Under the pieces are notes generated by a model. The model was not told where the DNA came from, made no database searches, and was given only the letters and a program-made list of their open reading frames with translations. A DNA stretch of 64,000 nt. Source: Candidatus Eiseniibacteriota bacterium (GTDB lineage: Bacteria; Eisenbacteria; RBG-16-71-46; CAIMUX01). A program made the position numbers and the translations under genes. Positions 61,384 through 64,000 of this stretch are shown in pieces. Location of the stretch: assembly GCA_016712505.1 (NCBI GenBank), contig JADJQY010000009.1, forward strand, positions 234,690 to 298,689, given 5' to 3'. Each line of letters opens with the position of its first letter. Position 1 is the stretch's first letter.

Positions 61384-62736
61384 ATGAGCAAGCGCGCACG
61401 CGTGGTCTGGAACGAGGGACTGCTGCTCACCCCGCAGCATTTTCAGCAGCAGGATCGGTATCATGAGGAGCAGAGCGTCGATCTACTCCGCGCGAGCCGC
61501 TCGTTTTTCTACGGGTTCACCTCGCTCACGCTGCAGCTCGATGCGATCCACAACGGGCAGGTGCTGATCGAGGAAGCGACCGGGGTGCTCCCGCACGGGA
61601 CGCCGTTCTCGGTTCCGGATCGCGACGCCCCGCCGGTCGGCCGCAACGTGGAGTCGATCTTTCCGCTGCGCGAAGCGGTCCTGCCGGTCTATCTCGGACT
61701 TCGGGTGCATCGCCCGGGGCAGCCGGAGATGCTGGCCCCCGGAAGCGGGGAAGCCGAGCTGGCGCGGTACCACACCGGCACGATGGAGCAGGCCGATGCC
61801 ACCACCGGTCAGGGGGATCGCGTGATGCAGGTCGCGCGACCGAACCTGCGCATCCTCTTCGCCGGCGAAGATCTCGGCGACTACGAGGTGCTGCCCCTGG
61901 CCGAGGTGGTGCGGAAGCCCGAAGGGGGCTTCGCTTACCGCACGGAGTTCGTGCCGCCCTGCCTTTCGATCGGAGCCTCGCCGTTCATTCTGCGCACCCT
62001 GCGGCGGCTGCTCGAGATCCTGGTCGCGAAGTCGACCGAGCTCTCCGATCGACGTCGGCAGAGTGGCAAAGGGGTGGCGGAGTTTGGTCGTGACGACGTG
62101 GCCGGGTTCTGGCTCCTGGGCTGCGTCAACGGATACATCCCGCTGCTCAGTCACTTCCTGCGCGCCCCGGGGGCGCATGCCGAGACGGCGTACTTCACCC
62201 TGGCCCGTCTGGCGGGCGAGCTGACCACGATGAGCGACTCGTTCGTGCGCGACATCCCGTCGTTCGACCACGATCACCCGGAGGCGGCGTTCGCCGACCT
62301 CGGGCAGCGGGTGCCGAAGTTGCTCGAGACGGTGCTGCCGCGAAACTACACGCGCATTCCGCTGACCAAAGGGGCAGACGGGGCATTCCAGGGGCGGATC
62401 AACGACGATCGGGTTCTCGACCCGGCCATGGTCTGGTACCTGGGAGCCTACGCCAATGTCGCCCAGGCGCAGCTTCAGTCCGAGCTGCCGGATATGATCA
62501 AGATCAGCGCCCCGGATCGGATCGACTTCCTCGTGGCCCACGCGCTGATGGGGGTTGGGATCCGGTTGACGCAGAATCTGCCTGCGGCCCTGCCGATCCA
62601 GTCCGGGTACGTCTACTTCCAGGTCGATCGGGTGGGGGACATGTGGGACGGCGTGGCCGGTAGTCGCGCCATTTCGCTCTATGCCCCGCCGGAGTTCCCA
62701 GGCATGTTGCTCGAGCTGATTGCCGTGCGGGACTGA
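61384..62736 (+). CDS. tssK: Type VI secretion system baseplate protein TssK
   Basis: 'MSKRARVVWNEGLLLTPQHFQQQDRYHEE' hallmark TssK N-terminus; 450 aa; GAGGAG RBS. Confidence 0.85.
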   Translation: MSKRARVVWNEGLLLTPQHFQQQDRYHEEQSVDLLRASRSFFYGFTSLTLQLDAIHNGQVLIEEATGVLPHGTPFSVPDRDAPPVGRNVESIFPLREAVLPVYLGLRVHRPGQPEMLAPGSGEAELARYHTGTMEQADATTGQGDRVMQVARPNLRILFAGEDLGDYEVLPLAEVVRKPEGGFAYRTEFVPPCLSIGASPFILRTLRRLLEILVAKSTELSDRRRQSGKGVAEFGRDDVAGFWLLGCVNGYIPLLSHFLRAPGAHAETAYFTLARLAGELTTMSDSFVRDIPSFDHDHPEAAFADLGQRVPKLLETVLPRNYTRIPLTKGADGAFQGRINDDRVLDPAMVWYLGAYANVAQAQLQSELPDMIKISAPDRIDFLVAHALMGVGIRLTQNLPAALPIQSGYVYFQVDRVGDMWDGVAGSRAISLYAPPEFPGMLLELIAVRD

Positions 62737-62822
62737 GAGTGCGTCGTCGCGCGCCCCTCGGGGGCGCGGCGATCCACCGCGAAAAAAACTAACCGAGTCG
62801 TTTGAGAGGAGCTTCACTTCCC

Positions 62823-63581
62823 ATGGCACCCCTCTTCAAGAAGAAGCCGAAGGACGCGCCGCCGTCGGTCTATCGCCCGGGCGATGTCCTGCCCGCGAGC
62901 GCGTCGACCCGCGTCCCGCTTCTGACCGAGCTTGCCACCGAACTCCTCACCGTGGCGATGAGCCTCAAGGGGAACGCCGACATCGGTGATCCCCAGGAAG
63001 TGCGCCGGCGCATCTTGCAACTGCTCGAACGATTCGAGCAGGAGGCGCGGGACCACGGCTACTCCACGGCTCACGTCGACGCCTGTCGCTTCGCCCTGGT
63101 CGCTCTGATGGACGAGGCGGTGCTCTCGTCCACCTGGACGGGGAAGGATCTCTGGCGCTCCAATCCTCTTCAGCGCGAGCTCTACAAGATCAACATCGCG
63201 GGCCAGGAGTTCTTCACCCGGCTGGAGGCGCTGCGGGCCAACCTGCCCGAGAACCGGCGGGTGCTCGAGCTCTATCACGCTTGCCTCGCCATGGGGTTCG
63301 AGGGACAGTTCAAGCTGCTTGGCCGGGAGAAGCTCGAAACCGCGATCCGCGATCTCTCGAGCAGCCTGGCCGAGGGACGGGCTCCCCGGGCCGACCAGCT
63401 CTCCCCGCACTGGAAACGACCGGACGACTTCCCGGAGACGGTCGGCGGCAATGTCCCGATCTGGATGACGGCCGCCATCTTCATCCCGGCCGCGCTCCTG
63501 TTGCTCGTGCTGTTCGGAGCGATTGCCCGCATCTCGTCCGACCGGACGGCCGATGCGATCCAGCGGCTCCTGACTCGCTGA
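62823..63581 (+). CDS. tssL: Type VI secretion system membrane protein TssL (DotU/IcmH family)
   Basis: DotU blocks 'CRFALVALMDEAVLSSTW', 'QEFFTRLEAL', 'LELYHACLAMGFEGQF' plus C-terminal TM helix. Confidence 0.8.
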   Translation: MAPLFKKKPKDAPPSVYRPGDVLPASASTRVPLLTELATELLTVAMSLKGNADIGDPQEVRRRILQLLERFEQEARDHGYSTAHVDACRFALVALMDEAVLSSTWTGKDLWRSNPLQRELYKINIAGQEFFTRLEALRANLPENRRVLELYHACLAMGFEGQFKLLGREKLETAIRDLSSSLAEGRAPRADQLSPHWKRPDDFPETVGGNVPIWMTAAIFIPAALLLLVLFGAIARISSDRTADAIQRLLTR

Positions 63582-63662
63582 TGTTCTCGTGGAGCGCCGC
63601 CTTGGGCGGATGCTCCCGAGCGGACCACTTCTCGCAGTGAAGGGACTCCCGTGGGAAACTCG

Positions 63663-64000
63663 ATGATCTTCACGCTTCTCCTGAAGCTCATGAATCCGGC
63701 GGCGCTCCTCTCGGGCGGCGCGATCGGCCTGGCAGCGCTCGCGGTGCTGGTCGGCCGGAGCTTTGGCTGGCCATGGTACGTGACGCTGATCGTGGTCCTG
63801 ACCATCGTCATCCTCTACTTCGTCATCCTCTTCGTCGTGAAGACGATGCAGGCCAAGAAGGCGAAGGCGCTCGAGCAGTCGATCGAGCAGCAGGCGCAGG
63901 CCCAGATCGCCACTTCTCGCCCCGGGCGGGAAGGGGAGATCGAACACCTGAAGTCGCAGCTCGTGGAGGCGGTGGGCGCGCTCAAGAGCTCGAAACTCGG
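63663..64000 (+). CDS. tssM: Type VI secretion system protein TssM (IcmF), N-terminal fragment truncated by window end
   Basis: Two N-terminal TM helices then 'ALEQSIEQQAQAQ...' as in IcmF N-terminus; follows tssL. Confidence 0.6.
   Translation, partial: MIFTLLLKLMNPAALLSGGAIGLAALAVLVGRSFGWPWYVTLIVVLTIVILYFVILFVVKTMQAKKAKALEQSIEQQAQAQIATSRPGREGEIEHLKSQLVEAVGALKSSKL

Noticed and set aside
59830-61384. Sigma54 -24/-12 promoter (TGGCAC-N5-TTGCW) upstream of 60089, tssJ or tssK
   Set aside because: The closest candidates ('tggcgccagcagccagggagttgcgg', 'tggccgcggtttcacgg') do not have GG and GC at the required 10-nt spacing.

Overview
This is a ~70% GC bacterial window, most consistent with a Gemmatimonadota-like organism. 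That lineage call is an inference from gene content, not a database hit. Real genes show strong third-position GC bias, and long R/P-rich ORFs run antisense to them. The window is an accessory-rich mosaic with several parts. (1) Futalosine-route menaquinone genes sit at three loci: mqnD; mqnC; an mqnE-mqnA-EamA operon; and a UbiA-like/UbiX/UbiD-like operon plus a UbiD fragment. (2) Seven secreted proteins, mostly beta-helix or beta-propeller, fall in two C-terminal classes. Three carry a ~80 aa T9SS/FlgD-Ig-like C-terminal domain. Four end in an unrecognised ~18 aa tail, P-V-x-x-[EK]-[RQ]-x-[ST]-W-G-x-[VI]-K-x-x-[YW]-[RG]. (3) Three ~2 kb copies of a REP13E12-like element encode DUF222+HNH proteins. 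Each copy is bounded on both sides by a 'aacTYtccccggggggag-GTGYGcgg...' palindrome-plus-tail repeat. That repeat occurs at least nine times in the window. One copy carries a full-length group II intron whose reverse transcriptase/maturase lacks an En domain. The repeat tails resemble the intron 5' end. (4) An MdtABC-like RND efflux locus has its first permease split by an in-frame TAA between TM6 and TM7. (5) A bfd-bfr-lipoprotein operon, ahcY and a paaZ-type ALDH are ordinary genes. (6) The 3' end holds a TPR-domain sigma54 activator, a divergent PEGA-lipoprotein operon and the start of a T6SS cluster (tssJ-tssK-tssL-tssM, truncated by the window end). A (TC)17 microsatellite sits in the signal-peptide region of an S8-like peptidase. 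One beta-helix gene is broken by two homopolymer frameshifts. No rRNA, tRNA or CRISPR was recognised.
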